Of a stretch of 64,000 bases of DNA, positions 50,101 to 63,307 are shown in pieces. The translations under genes and the position numbers were made by a program. Under the pieces are notes generated by a model. That model worked only from the letters and a program-made list of their open reading frames with translations, was not told the origin of the DNA and ran no database searches. The DNA is from Vairimorpha necatrix (taxonomy: Eukaryota). The first letter of the stretch is position 1; every line of letters starts with the position of its first letter. Location: assembly GCA_036630325.1 (NCBI GenBank), contig CP142733.1, forward strand, positions 558,001 to 622,000, in the 5' to 3' direction.

Positions 50101-51407
50101 GTATTCTAGCTTTAGTGTTAATCATTCTTTCATCTCCATTTCCAAATATAGTAGTGAAGGGCTGACACGGTTCAGCTATATGATCATTCATGTTGACCAC
50201 TTGTTCACTCACAAAATTCAAGTGTGAACCTGTATCGATTAACAATAAGTAATTATTTGAGTCTAATATTCCTATTATTTTTACTTCTTTCTGATTACTT
50301 GTTGTTCCTAGCTGAATAACCATATTATTTCTTTTTGTTTTTTCTTCAAAATGTATCGTTTTATCTTTAGTATCTTTGAGATTGTTCCGAAGTCTACAAT
50401 CTCTTGTATTGTGCGAAAAGCTCTTGTGCACACTACAATAAGGATTTCTTGATTTGCAAATTTTGCTTGTTTCATTAGGTACATATCCATTCTCGTTTCG
50501 TCTTCCTATTTGAGAAATAATAGTTGATTCTAAAGTCTTTAGATAAGCAATAACGTCTGAAGTGGTCCGCGTATTAACCTCATTTTTGCAAAGTTCCATC
50601 TCAGTTTGTTTACCTAGTCCTCTAAAAAATACTTCTGAAAATTTTCTCTCAGCTTCTTGCTTAGTTAAATTATTTGGGAAACTGTAGGCATCTAACTTTT
50701 GGGAAATATTCTTCACATAATCTTCCAGATATATGTGGTTGCACTGCCTAACATCTTCGAGCTCCTGTGCAATTTTAAATCTCATGTTTCTAGGATAGGC
50801 AATTTCTAATAATGCCGCTCTTAATTTTAAGTATGATTTACTATACTTGGCGTTTAAAAAGTGATCACCAACTAACATGGTCCCATATATTCTTCCCATC
50901 TGCTCATCATTCCAGCCATTGGCCTCTGCTAGATTCTCAAATTTCTGTAGCTCCACCATTGAAATTTCTGATGGTTTTTTAATAATTTTTATTTTTTCTT
51001 TACTTATCACATCTGTTCCAGTGATCTTCATGTCGAATTCTCTGTATTCGAACATGGAATTTCTATCTTCGTACTTACTATTTAATTCGTCTTTGAATTC
51101 AAAATGACACAATCCAGAGGAGCTACCTCTGGACAAATATAGTTCTATTAAATTATACGTTTTATTTATTTGATTAAAGCCTCGTTGGGCATCCGTAATG
51201 GGATACTGGTCCCTGGCTCTGAGGCCCTTCCTTGGTCGTGGATTCCAAGGGTATTGATCTTTGTCTTGTCTCATAATTTTGTTGGGGTCAGGGCAAAAAG
51301 GAAATAAATAATTGATTTTTGGAATAGACCGGTCGAATGGTCTATTTTCCAAAAAGGGAAAATTGATAAAATAAAAATAAATAATTTGTGGTATTTATAA
51401 TACCACA
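47196..51407 (-). mobile_element. Duplicate Ty3/Gypsy element (LTRs 47196-47498 and 51105-51407)
   Basis: Same flanks and GGAAA TSD, so it was copied with the segment and is not a new insertion. Confidence 0.97.
47510..51055 (-). CDS. Gag-Pol polyprotein, duplicate
   Basis: Identical translation to 10503-14048. Confidence 0.95.
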   Translation of the reverse strand: MFEYREFDMKITGTDVISKEKIKIIKKPSEISMVELQKFENLAEANGWNDEQMGRIYGTMLVGDHFLNAKYSKSYLKLRAALLEIAYPRNMRFKIAQELEDVRQCNHIYLEDYVKNISQKLDAYSFPNNLTKQEAERKFSEVFFRGLGKQTEMELCKNEVNTRTTSDVIAYLKTLESTIISQIGRRNENGYVPNETSKICKSRNPYCSVHKSFSHNTRDCRLRNNLKDTKDKTIHFEEKTKRNNMVIQLGTTSNQKEVKIIGILDSNNYLLLIDTGSHLNFVSEQVVNMNDHIAEPCQPFTTIFGNGDERMINTKARIRIRLSPNIIMDIEFYIIKNCPVDLLLGSEWLRKNKATIDFANQSLVINNEEIPFMDAITNTDEMLNERLNSLLYVSASKEIYISHLENYKKLNDKFYSMKMDEARFSVIKKLNITRHKFYNIAFKYYERARKEVKRLLDEDIIEKSRATFASPGYFIEKKTGELRLVINFKEINDHIEDDIFSIPKIDDCILRMGRNKYFSQIDLKNGFNQIKIQQESRDLTSFMIMGAQYRYKRIPFGIKPGPKIFQRYITEILHEVDNCFVYIDDIVLFSETKEEHNKLIVNVLNKLKEKNVKINFEKSNFMKDEITVLGNTINADGVFPANKLIPKEILERRLKTKRDVQKLLGTIGWYRKFLPNLSTKLLPLTNMLQQGAKIESTQHVKNIIKDISEFIKNRARLICPDYTKSFTLECDASDMGIGSVLYQEDGPIGYFSKKFGKVELNYSIVEKEYLGILLSLIHFKGILQGNFVEVRTDSKNCLNNVKLETSRMCRWKLIINEFNHKLIHIEGKENVIADSLSRCFTIIKNNEDGYIKMVKDAMIKDKNQRIKMNKDGKIFMKPNKVKHWLYKIHHEQGHRGITTMYNNLKNFFYVPHLFHRIKQIVNDCRKCKAYKVTYVKRGVGAHMSAENNLERISSDIYGPFNLEKFKDAGKHNKGFIITVTDIKTRYTKLYLAYKIRGEEIISAISNWTELTKSKPTILISDNGKQYTSKQVEQYLNEVDIKHLRVPTYTPSSNGISESVNRTITFILSIMKGENIITAIDMCEWVINNNYNRSIGCSPNAALNGKEYYDPLERAIQMRNIKKTLTTPKFRLGDEVYVRNLTATKLDRKYLRKRKVTQLGSKGKWVKVNGISEWIHVKNIKL

Positions 51408-51476
51408 GGAAATATCATTTATTTTAATTTATTTCTTATTTTATACTATTAATAAATCCAAAAAACGACGAACCCC

Positions 51477-52114
51477 ATATTTTATTTTCTTTTCATCTAT
51501 TAGAATTCCTATGTACTGACATACTTTTTATTATTCGAAAAGATGAAAATTCCGAAATTTACATTGGTACAGATAAAGAAATTAATGTCGAGCAACCATC
51601 ATCTCAATATATTTTTGAAATAACTGAATCAAATAAGTTTGATTTAGAGAAATCAGGAAGAAAAAATAAACATTTAATTCGACCCCCCAAATCTCGCAAT
51701 TTTTTACCACTGAGGTATGAGGATAGACAAGCATTTGATAATAAAGTATTAAGGATTGATTATCAAAGCGATGAAGAACTTTCTCTTGCTTTCAAACTTG
51801 TGAATGCTAAAGTTGTATTAAAAACTATATTTCCATACGATTTAAAAGAACAATTTTATATAACAGCAAAGAAAATATCACTTAAAAATACTCTTGAATA
51901 TTGTTTGTCAAGTAGAAGACTTAAGCTAAATCCAAACAAAGATATATACGAATTAAGGCTATGTATAACCAATAAGGTTGATAGACAATTTATAATTAAT
52001 CTCCCTCAGGTCTACAAGAAATACTTGGCAATTCAATCATATATAATGAGAAGAAATGAAGAAATTCACGAACAAGAAATAATTGCGTACCAAATGGAGT
52101 ATTTTTCGATGTAA
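51477..52114 (+). pseudogene. Start-less family A gene, duplicate
   Basis: Same CCCC-AT-ATT lesion as 14470. Confidence 0.85.
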
Positions 52115-54018
52115 GAAATAATATAACTTGTGTTTATAAAAATTCGGGTTTTTTAAATAAAGTTTTTTGAGTATTATTTGTTTTATATAAAAAATCCTTC
52201 CCGTTTTTATAAAAAACCATTGAGAGGTTTATTTTTTAAATTTTTTTTTTCTGTGAATTTAATAGAAACTTATTAAAAAATGTTTTTTCGTATCAACTCA
52301 ACCAAAATTTATACTGCAAGAAAATAATTCACTTCAAATTAAAACAGAATTCAAAAATTATCTTAATATTACATTTTAGCTTTTTTTTCGTAGATTCTAT
52401 TTTTATCTGTACATAAATTTTCTAAATATCGTATTATTTTGTCTTAAACAATAATTTTCAATAGTTTTGTTTATTAGCATATATCATCATTATTTTATGA
52501 TATTCTTTATAAAATTTTCTGTTTTATATTTGAGTTAAAGACAGTTAGATGGTTATTTTTGTTCATTTTTTTCAAATTATGAAAGAAAAATTATATAAGG
52601 AAAAGTAATATATACTGTGGCACGAGCTGCCTTCTGGTCGACGACATGTCATCAAAATTTGTATAAATATGTTAATTTAAAGATTTTTTGTTATTTTTTT
52701 CATCTTCAATTTCGAGCTTAAAAATGCCTTTTTTTATAGTTATATTTTTTCGCCCGATCACATGTTTCATCTTGTAGAAAGATGTTTATATAATTATTGA
52801 TAAAAGCATATTTAGAATGTTAAACATTGCTATAGTCTCTTGATTTTAACCATTGTTAGTTTACGATGAATCATGTATAAAAATAACATCTTAGTCATTT
52901 GACAATTATGACTAAAGTATTAGCATTTTATGATACTCTACATCTCTAGAGTTCCTTAAGAATCTCATGTGTCATATATCGGTGTAAAATATATAAAAAA
53001 TGTTTTATAAGTTACTTTTTCGAATTCATATCACCCATGCTTTAACATGGTTATTTAAATAATTTCTTACGATTATTAATTTCCGTCCTTTAAATTTAGT
53101 CTAGCGGTAAAAAATGAGTTAGTCGAAATATTATAGAACAAAAATAGTGAGGATGCGTAATTTAACAAATTTATGTAATTGCAAACATTTGAAACACATT
53201 TTATACCATTTCAAATTATAAATATATAAAAATATATATAATCTTACACATCGTTCTGAATATATAGTATGTTAATCCTATAATTAGTGTAGTATTTTTA
53301 TATGGTACTTAAGTTTTCTTTCGGAGTATTTCTGTACTTGCATACTATTTATTATTATCTTATGAGCAATTTTATCGAGGTTTAATTATATGGCAAAAAT
53401 CGTGTACATTTGTTCATAATCATTAATGTTCTCATTTTGTTCAATAAAAACGAGTTTTCTGGAATTGACTAAACAAAGAAGCATAATTTCAATTGCTTTT
53501 AATATTTAAGCTGATACGTTTTTTATGTATTTTTGTTTGTAAAATGTCAAAAAATTTAATTAAAACTTCAAAGATATGATTTTACGTAAGTTTCTCATAA
53601 AATATTATAAGACGATAAAAAAAAATAACTTTTTCATGTTTGTCGTATTGCAAAATCACTAGATTGTAATTTTTTCTTTAAAATTCTCAAGATATTTTGA
53701 CTATTATTTCCAATAAAGAACTTTAAAGAAGTTAATAACTATATTCGATTATTTTTGACATTAAAAACTTCATTCCTTGAATAAATGAACTGACCTTTGT
53801 TATAAATTTTTAATTCATATTAAATAAAAATCAAGTGTAAAAAAATATTGACGTTTTTTAATTTATCAATCTAAAGAAATTTGGCAAACTATGTAAAAAC
53901 TTATAATTTATATTTTATATTATATATATGAAAAAAATTTAAATTTTTACATAAGAAATCAAATTTTAATTTAATATTTAATTTATTCTTTTATAAATGC
54001 AAAAAACTTCAGTGCCCC

Positions 54019-54654
54019 ATGATGTTATTTTGGTTTCCATTTTTACATAGTCTTTGCACTGGCATTATGTTTATTGATAGAAAAGATGTCGATTTTGAAA
54101 TTTACATAGGTTTTAACAATGAAATTAACGGAGACAACTATTCACCTTATCATATTTTTGAAATTTCGAATTCCTATGAATTTTATAAAGCTAAACTTAT
54201 TAGAAATAACAATTACGAATTGGTTGTAAAAGATACTCAGCATCTTCTCACTCCGTTAATGCTCGACGATAGACAAATATTTGAAAAGGATTTGAAAAAA
54301 AGTTACAGTGAAAGTGATGAAGGTCTTTCGAAACTTGTTGAATTACTTTGCGATAGTCAAGTTATATTAAGAGCGAAATTTCCATTTGATATAAATGAAA
54401 GATTTTACATAACATTAAATAAAATCTCTCCTGATTATAACCTTGAATATTGGATAACTAGTAGAAGTCTCAAGTTAAATCGAAACCGAAATATATACGA
54501 ATTAAAATTGCGAACTATTTCAAGCTTTGATAAAAACTTTTTTGTATGTATTCCTAGGACATACAGTGAACACATAAATAGTCAATTAGAAGAGTTGGAA
54601 TTAAGCGCTAACTTTGTTCTATCAGAACTTGATGAAACTATCTATATGGAATAG
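54019..54654 (+). CDS. Family A protein, duplicate of 17012
   Basis: Identical translation. Confidence 0.88.
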   Translation: MMLFWFPFLHSLCTGIMFIDRKDVDFEIYIGFNNEINGDNYSPYHIFEISNSYEFYKAKLIRNNNYELVVKDTQHLLTPLMLDDRQIFEKDLKKSYSESDEGLSKLVELLCDSQVILRAKFPFDINERFYITLNKISPDYNLEYWITSRSLKLNRNRNIYELKLRTISSFDKNFFVCIPRTYSEHINSQLEELELSANFVLSELDETIYME

Positions 54655-55072
54655 TAAAAATTTATTAAATTTTATCATTTTAAAATAATTTAGTTGTAAA
54701 AAATTTACTTTCTCATTAATATTTACAATAATATAATATTTTGTCGTAGATTCTTTTATCCGTCTTTAAAATCAATTTGAACTTTTAATCGCACAATAGC
54801 TTTGTTAATCTTTAAATAGAAAATCAATACCCGCTTATTATGTCAAACACGAAAAAATAATATTTTAAAAATAAATTCAAATTATTTTTTTAATCAATTC
54901 TAATTTTGACATTTAACGATTATGATATGTCCAATTTTAATATTTCTACAAAAAATTATTTATTTTTTGTTCAAACCGATTTTTTATAATAAAAATTAAA
55001 TATTATTTTACCCATCAATATTTAATATAATTTTTTTAATTTAAATATATTATGGGGGTTCTTAGTGCCCTT

Positions 55073-56214
55073 ATGGTACCTTCATTCTTGTTTATATATG
55101 TTACAATATGTACTGATCCTTTGTTTATCATTCCAAGAGAAAATTAAAATGTATATCTATACATTTCATTGAAAGATGTACTTACCCAAGAAGTGTATTC
55201 AACATTCCTAATAACTGAACTGCTATGATGAAGACATTGTAGATGGAGTTGTTAGGTCCTACGATAAAAGATTAGAAAATGGAAGAAAGACTAAGCCTTG
55301 ATTTTTTAAAACCGAAAAGTTAGAAGAAAAACAAAGTGTAAAGAAAACTTTATCAGATTATAGGATTATGCATTATAAAAAACCAATCTTGTCGATTTAG
55401 TTTATAGCGGCAATGTTATATTAAAAACGACATTTGTACTTGATGCAAAAAAGGCATATTTATTTGATTTTTTGAATATTACTAAAAGTCCAAATTGTTT
55501 TTTTATTAAACAAGTAAAAAAAAGATTTGACAGATCAAATAGGCTATATGAAATCATTTGGTTAGGTTTTTATAGTCCACCGACATTAGAAAAAAATGTT
55601 AGTGTTTCCTAGTTATACAGAGATAATTTATTTATACTAAATCAATTTATTAATTTAAAAGATGATTTAGAAATAATAAATAGTTATCTACAGTCAAAAA
55701 TAGTTTTTGAGCAAAAAGAAAAAAACTTTGATGACTATGAGTGTATGTTGTCGATTACTAACGACAACGAAATAAATTGTCCCATCGCTACAGACAATTT
55801 TACAGAGAAAAAAATTTTTGTTAGAGAAAATAACGCGAGAAATAGTGACTTAAAACATTGTAATAGAATTACCCAACTGAAAAAAATATGAAAAAAATAT
55901 TTATACCTGATGATATATCAACAGATAAAGATTTAAAATTTTATGAGCAAAATGGTAGTTCTGTTAACTCAAATGCCAAAGAGCTTGTTAAAGTTGTAAT
56001 GCCAGATATAGCCTTTTCTCCTGAACGTGTTGAAAATATAAACTTTAGTGGAGAGAAAAATTCTACAAATGAAGACAAGAAAGAAGTAAAAGATAAAGAA
56101 AATAATAATGTTAAAAATGAAGACGAAAAAAACAAACTAGAAAATGAAAAGAGTCATGTTAAACAATTTTTACTTGTATTTTTCTTATTCAAAGTTATAT
56201 TAATAGTATTTTAA
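55073..56214 (+). pseudogene. Long-form family A pseudogene, duplicate of 18066
   Basis: Same stops and frameshifts. Confidence 0.8.
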
Positions 56215-59200
56215 AGTTCTAAGATCTAATAAAAAGATATTTTAAAAGCTTTAAAATTTTTTTTAAATATTTTTATGCTATATACTAACATAATTTCACA
56301 TTTAAGCAAAAACTTAGTCTCGGTACTTTTTTTTTATTTTTTTGCTTTAAAAAATATTCATGTGCTTTAGTTAACGATAGGGCCGTGTTATAAAAGAATA
56401 ATGAAGATGTATTTTTCAATAAATATATTCTATATTGCAATAGCTTGCCGATAAAGACTTCTGTTGCATTTCTTTATACATAATTCGTAATAAGCATTAT
56501 GGTGAAAACTCATTGGTGTTAATTGTCTTTTATAGATAAATTCTATCTTAATTTGTTAAAGAAGTTGAATGAATAAATATAAAACATAAATCAGGGTTTT
56601 ACTAAAGCTATTTTTTATATAGATACAAACATTGTTTTTTTTAAAGAATACAAAAAAAGTATTTATATAAATAATCATATAGTGTAATATTAGTTTTTAA
56701 TACGTTTAAACAAATAAAATTTGTCAATAACGAATTAGCACATGAAATTTTTTATATTATTTGATTAATTGTGACAAATAAATTATTCTTACTTTGATTT
56801 TTTTATAAACTTAATATATAATAGCAAATAATTTCGTGCTAACTTAAAAAAATTCTGTTATTAAATCTGTAAAAATTGTCGTATATAAAATAAAGGAAAC
56901 GACTAAAATATAAAATGTATTTGTGGAATATGCGATCAAATTTTTGAATAATTTCGGTCTTTTGTTATTATATCTTTTTTAGTTAGAACCCATTTGATTT
57001 TCTTTTTATTTTGATTTTTGACTACAATTGCTTTACAACTCTATTCTTGGTGGCTAAATATACCAACTGTGTAGGCATATACTTAAGCTTTTTAGGTAAT
57101 ATTTTCAGACTATATATTTTACATATTTTATCACTGAATTGATTAATAAAAATGATGATTATTGAATAATAAACACGTTATATGAAAGATTATAAAAAGA
57201 TTATCCATACACTACTCATGGTTTCAAACAAAAAACGTAATATATAAGAAAATACTTATGCTTTAATTTTGACATGCAACTCTTATGGTGAAGAACAAAT
57301 GTATCTGAGAAATTATTTTGTTTATACAACAAAATATTAAATCAAGAGTATCAATTGATCTTCTGAATACAACTAGGTCTTTGTTTGTTTAAAATTTTTA
57401 AAAGCATATAATTTCTATTTAAAATGATTTAAAATTTTATGATATAATCTGGTTGAACATAAAAAACTTTCTATTTGAGTTATAGAACTTTAAAGCAAAG
57501 AATAAAATCAAATATTTCAGTAAGTTAACATTTAAGATTTGAATTATAATACTCAGATATTATACCAAGTTACGAAAATTGCAGATTATGTATGAATTAA
57601 AATTTCGTTCGTTGGTCTGTAGAAATAGTAAGGTGTTGTATACCAAGAATTGTTACAGAGATTGTGAAAAATTGAGAACATAATCATAAAACCTGATTAT
57701 GCAGATAAATTTACATCGAGCTTTAATATTAAAATTTTTAAAAATAATCGTTTTTAATTTCTTTATGTAGATTTTCTAATAATATTAGATTTTTTTTTTA
57801 TTACATAATTTAAATCTGTTTAAAATAATACCGCAAATTTATTTTTCGTTAGTTTTATTAGTATTTTCTAAATTTTAGATGAACTGTATGTTTGATCAAA
57901 TTTTTCCCTAAGAAATATTATTTTTTATCGAAATGCTTAAAAATACAAAATCGAAAATAATCTGGATGAAAAAGGGACAATATTTACATCAACTTTCAAT
58001 ATTAAAAACAAAATAAATACTTGTTACTCAATTAACTTTTAATTCCCATTTACACATCATTTAATACATTAACTCTATATTAATTTTTATAAGAAATTAA
58101 ATACTGATAAAATTTAAAGTTTAAGACGTATTTGTATCATAAAATTTTTGTATATATAAAGCAATTATTTTATAATGAATCAATTATTTACATTATAAAA
58201 AAAATTTAAAAGCATATTGAATTATTATTATTACAGATAACGCTGACAATAGAAAATTATTGGATTAAAATGAGAAGTAATTACTGTTAATATATACTTC
58301 CTCATTTAAAATAGTTTTTTTACACACATATATACTAAAGAAAGGATCAAATATTTGAGGAAAAGTGCTGTTACTATAAAAGATACAAAACACTAGAAGC
58401 CAAATTATTATGATTATTTGTTTAGATTTCAATGTAAAGAATTATATTAGTTACTACAACATTATTCGCTATATGTAATTAAAATATTAATATGTTTTAG
58501 TTGAGATTAGATGGGGCGTTACAACTTTGACATAGAAAATTTTATAATGATTGTGAAATGCTTATGTATGATTTTAAATATAAAAATCAAAATTAAAACA
58601 AATGTAAATTTGAAAATGCATGCGTAATTATAGCCAATTAGTAGTGATGTGTATATATTTTATAAAAACAAATTTTATAATTATTAGTATTTTAACATTA
58701 TTTTGTTATTTACAAACTTATGAAATAAAACATTATAAATCGTATTAAGAAAAAAATAAAACCATCCGTGAAAGCTATACTTGAAAATTCTTTAAGGACG
58801 AATTGAGCAAGAAATTTTCATTATATATCATAAATTTTGATCTTTTATATTTTTGGTGCAGAATAAAGGATTAATATGCACATATACATGCAATTGGTAA
58901 CCCAGATGGTTTCTCTAAATAAATTTTAATTAAAAAAGTATTTATTGTGATGCGTTGAGACAAATTTTGAGGAATTACATAGATTACAAACAATAAAGCT
59001 CTAATTATAACTCAAAATAGAAGCATATTACAAATAAAATCTTAAAATGACACTATATAGATTAAATGTGTCAGGCGTATTTTATCTTTGCATTAAATAA
59101 AATGGTCCATTTGAAAACATAATAGTTAGAGTCATAATAAAATTTTCGCCTGAAACGCCAGAATTGAATACTTTCTGTCTAAGAAAAAGAAGAATAAAGT

Positions 59201-59412
59201 TTTATTTGTATTAACTCTATTTCTTTTAAATCGATTGTTTTATTCGTGGTAGCTGTATGTATTTATATAAGCATTAGAATTCCACTTTTTTAATTATTTA
59301 TAAAAAGTATTGTTTCAATTTTATATGTTGTTAAAATTTAATTTAATGAAGTTTTTAGTTTATGCGCTGTTTCCAATATTAGATGCGATTCTTTTACATA
59401 AATATTTATTTT

Positions 59413-60024
59413 TTATTTTTGAAAAAATTTAATTTTTTTTTCAAGTCTATAGGAATCATTAAAATAGGTTAGAAAAGCTCTAGAAGTAAAATCGTCGGAA
59501 AAGGTACTATAATAATTTAACCATATTAGTTTTCCAAGATTAAACTCACCCCATAACGCAAAATTTACGCTTTTTGAATATTTACAAAATTTCATATTCA
59601 AGTCTTCATGTATTCCAGCAATATATAAAATTTGCCCATGTAATTCGTTAATAGTAAATGTTGCTTTTAATATAATGTTGCTTTTTTCAAAATAATTTAC
59701 ATAATCACAACATACTCTATTGTAATATCGAAGATGATCTATAAAAATTATAGTATTTTTTCTTTCTTCTGAAGTTATTGCCTTGAAATGATATATATAT
59801 GGATTTCTTTCTCTTTCAAATTTTAAATCACAATTTTTATGTAATCTTTTATCGGTTTCTGGCATATTTAGCTTGCTGATTAAGCAAAATCTTGTGTACA
59901 TGTCTTCATGTGAAACATTATCCAAAGCTAAGTAAACATGACATACATCTTTTTTAGCATCTTTAGAAATATATAATATGTCGGAACAAAATATACATAA
60001 TAATTTGAAGCAAAATAAAATCAT
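59413..60024 (-). CDS. Family A protein, duplicate of 22406-23017
   Basis: Identical translation. Confidence 0.85.
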   Translation of the reverse strand: MILFCFKLLCIFCSDILYISKDAKKDVCHVYLALDNVSHEDMYTRFCLISKLNMPETDKRLHKNCDLKFERERNPYIYHFKAITSEERKNTIIFIDHLRYYNRVCCDYVNYFEKSNIILKATFTINELHGQILYIAGIHEDLNMKFCKYSKSVNFALWGEFNLGKLIWLNYYSTFSDDFTSRAFLTYFNDSYRLEKKIKFFQK

Positions 60025-61900
60025 GGGCACCAAACGTCAAATTTTTTATATATATATTTAGTAAAATGGTTTTTGTCAATAGAAATTTATACTGAATCAA
60101 ATGATCATTTGCTTTTATTTTGATTAAAATTCTCAAAAAATTTTGACAGTATATTTCATTAAGTTGTTATTGGGGAGTATCTTTAAATTTTTAGAAAGAA
60201 TTAAATTAATCATTGACACGAAAAATTCAAAAATAAACTTCAAAACAATTATAATAAGGTTTTTATCTCAATCCAATATATATTCATGTAATTCTGTTAA
60301 TAAAATAATTTTATTGATTAGTTTATTATTATAAAAAATTAAATTTTTTTATTCTGTGGTAGTGTTTTGAAGATCAATAAAAGTAAATGCTCTTTTTTTC
60401 TGTATAGATAGATAAAAAATACACTTCGAAATAGTTTGGTTGTGAAATAATATTTATAAAGATGAATTTTTTTATTGTTTATTCCATAAAAATGCTTATT
60501 TTATCAAGTATAAGGTATTTGAAAAAAAAATTCACAAAGTAAAATAATTTTATCTTGAAATCTTTAATTTCAACAATAATAAGATTTAAATAAAATTCTC
60601 TGTTTCTTTTACGATATACTTATAATTCATGTTCTTAATTCCTAACTTTATAAAAACGTTATAAAACGCTTATTGTGGTGTAAACATACAGGTTTATTGT
60701 ATGCTATCTTAATTTTATAACACAAACCAATACTTTAAATGATTACTACCTGCTTATCACATAATTATCTGAATACACTAACACAATGCAACTATTAAGA
60801 TATATACAATTTAAAAGCATAATTTAATAGATTATTCAAATATTTATTTTAAAAATCTTTAAATTAATACATACGTCATAACAAAATCCCCCCATTTGTA
60901 ATTACAAATTTCAGATTCTACATATTTAACATCATAATTTAAATTATTTTCATTATAATCAAAAACGTTGAAAAGATCATGTAAAAATATTACCCAAATA
61001 AAAAAAAAATTGTATAGTATATATTCGTCTATTCTATCCGTTAGAAATTTTCGGGCGAAAAAACTCAATAAAATTATTTGTATCTTCATCTTTCTTAAAT
61101 GTTAGACAATAATAAATTTTTTTTTATTTTATCTTTTATATCCAACGATAAAATTGAAATAAAGCATTGAGAGAAATTTTTTTTTAAAACTATATCAACA
61201 TAAAAAAAACTTATTCTTTGTGTTTAGTTTATAAAAAATACTTTATTTTTCCTCTTTAAAATATTTGTTGTTATGCCTATCGTCACTTAAGCTTATGTTT
61301 ACAATGACAACAGCAAATCCATACGAAAAATTTAAATATTTTTTATCTGCTGTTTTCAAAAGCACTCGATTTTTTTATTCAATTTATATTCTTCAATTGA
61401 CGCAATATGAAAATAGCTTTGAACAAATTAATATAGAAATTTAATATATTAAGCGCTCAGAAAAACCTTTAAGAACTTTACTATAGAACTTAATACAGAA
61501 TCAGAAATTTCATTCGATGACATTCAAAGTTAATGTTGAATTGTATTGTAAAAGAAGATAAAAAGAAGCTATTAAATAAAAATTATTTTATTTAACATAA
61601 AATTCCAAACAATAGATCTAATAATAGTGTAAGTTTAATGATTGTTTCCAATGTAAAATTTTATATTTTATGTATTAGTCAAACTTAAATCAGATCGCAA
61701 TAAAATATTTTATCGGCCTGTCATTATTCAATTATTAAAAGTTCCAATAAGATGTCAAATTCCAATATCTACTTCGAAATTTAAAATTTTAATTTTGTAC
61801 CAAAAACTTATAATTTCTCTACGTAAAATACTTTATTTAGAAAGAAAAATATTTATTAGAAATAACTTTTTATTATATTATGAAAATTTTTTATACCCTT

Positions 61901-62425
61901 ATGATTTGCTTTATTTTTTCATTTTTATACATAAATTGTTCTGACACTTTATTAGTGGTTCCATTGAACAATGAATATGTGAATATATACATCGGCATAG
62001 TCAAATTTCGCCAAAATGATATATATATATTTACTGAATTAATTGAAAAAGATTGTGTAGGTGAAATTATAAATACTTATGATAAAAGATCAAAGGAAGG
62101 AAAAAGTACTAAGCCGTATAATTTTAAACTTATCACTTTAGATGATAAGCTAAATCTTTTTAAGATAGTACAATGCGATAGTAAAAAAATGCAGAAAAAA
62201 TTATTTGATAATTTTATATATAGTGATGTTATACTAAAAACAACCATTCAACTAGACATTAAAAAGACATACTTCATTGAATATATGGAATCTAGAAAAG
62301 GTATAATAAAAAAATTTGCAACCAGTGAGAAACTTATATTTGATGGATCAAAGACGATGTCTAACTTAAATTGGTTAAATATAAATCACTTTCCTTGGGG
62401 TAAAAAATCTATCTTATCTAATTAA
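61901..62425 (+). CDS. Family A protein, duplicate of 24894
   Basis: Identical translation. Confidence 0.85.
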   Translation: MICFIFSFLYINCSDTLLVVPLNNEYVNIYIGIVKFRQNDIYIFTELIEKDCVGEIINTYDKRSKEGKSTKPYNFKLITLDDKLNLFKIVQCDSKKMQKKLFDNFIYSDVILKTTIQLDIKKTYFIEYMESRKGIIKKFATSEKLIFDGSKTMSNLNWLNINHFPWGKKSILSN

Positions 62426-63106
62426 ATAATACATTTGAAAATTATTTATTTAGTTTTTTTAATATTATCATGAGCCCATGAGAAAAGTCATTTCGTTTTT
62501 TTTCCGATATTCCCTCTAATTACTTTAGCAGTCTTCTCGAGGAATTTATTGCATATACTATAGTCATATATAGTTGGAAAAAATTTATAGAGCATCATGA
62601 AAGCATAAAATTAAATAAATTTTTTATTAACCTTCAATACTTTTCAATCACGATATTGCCAAATCAAAAATAATTTTAGATCAAAGTAATTATAGTTCGC
62701 ACATTTAATAGATTATATTAATGTTTATTAGTTTCAAATTCTATTAATTAGCACATCAAATAGTATTAATTTAATAAATGTTAATTATTAAAAAATATGT
62801 TATCATTTATTTTAAAGCTTTCATAAAATTTTAATCTTATACAACTATGTAACCATTGCAATTTAAGTTTATATAAAACAATTTTACAACTCAAAAAGTA
62901 TCAGCTATTTTTGTGCTACCCCCAATGAAATATATACCTGGCGAAATTTATGTGTTTCTATGGTATGTTTATCTAAATCTTCGGTATCTTCAAATTCTTG
63001 TTATGATAACACGAATTAATAAAATCTTGATAAGCAAATTATAATCATAACTCGAAATTTTAAATTTGAAATATAATTTTTTTTAAAACTAAGTTTGTTT
63101 TGTTTT

Positions 63107-63307
63107 CTTCAGTTTACATCCACTGCCATGCACGTTATCTGTCCACACACCTTCTAGCTGCCCCTTCTATGTTCTGGTTCCATATCTCTCTACATGTGTC
63201 CCTGTCTCTGTTTAAAGGAGATCCTCTCTTGTAAATTGTTATAATTCTCATTTGGATGTAAGCTTTGATATTAATCGATGGTCCATGACATTAACAAGTT
63301 GCTGCGC
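63107..63307 (-). mobile_element. Duplicate of the short RLE remnant
   Basis: Copy of 26100-26300. Confidence 0.5.

Noticed and set aside
47196-51407. Second independent retrotransposon insertion
   Set aside because: Same TSD and flanks as the first, so it is part of the segmental duplication.
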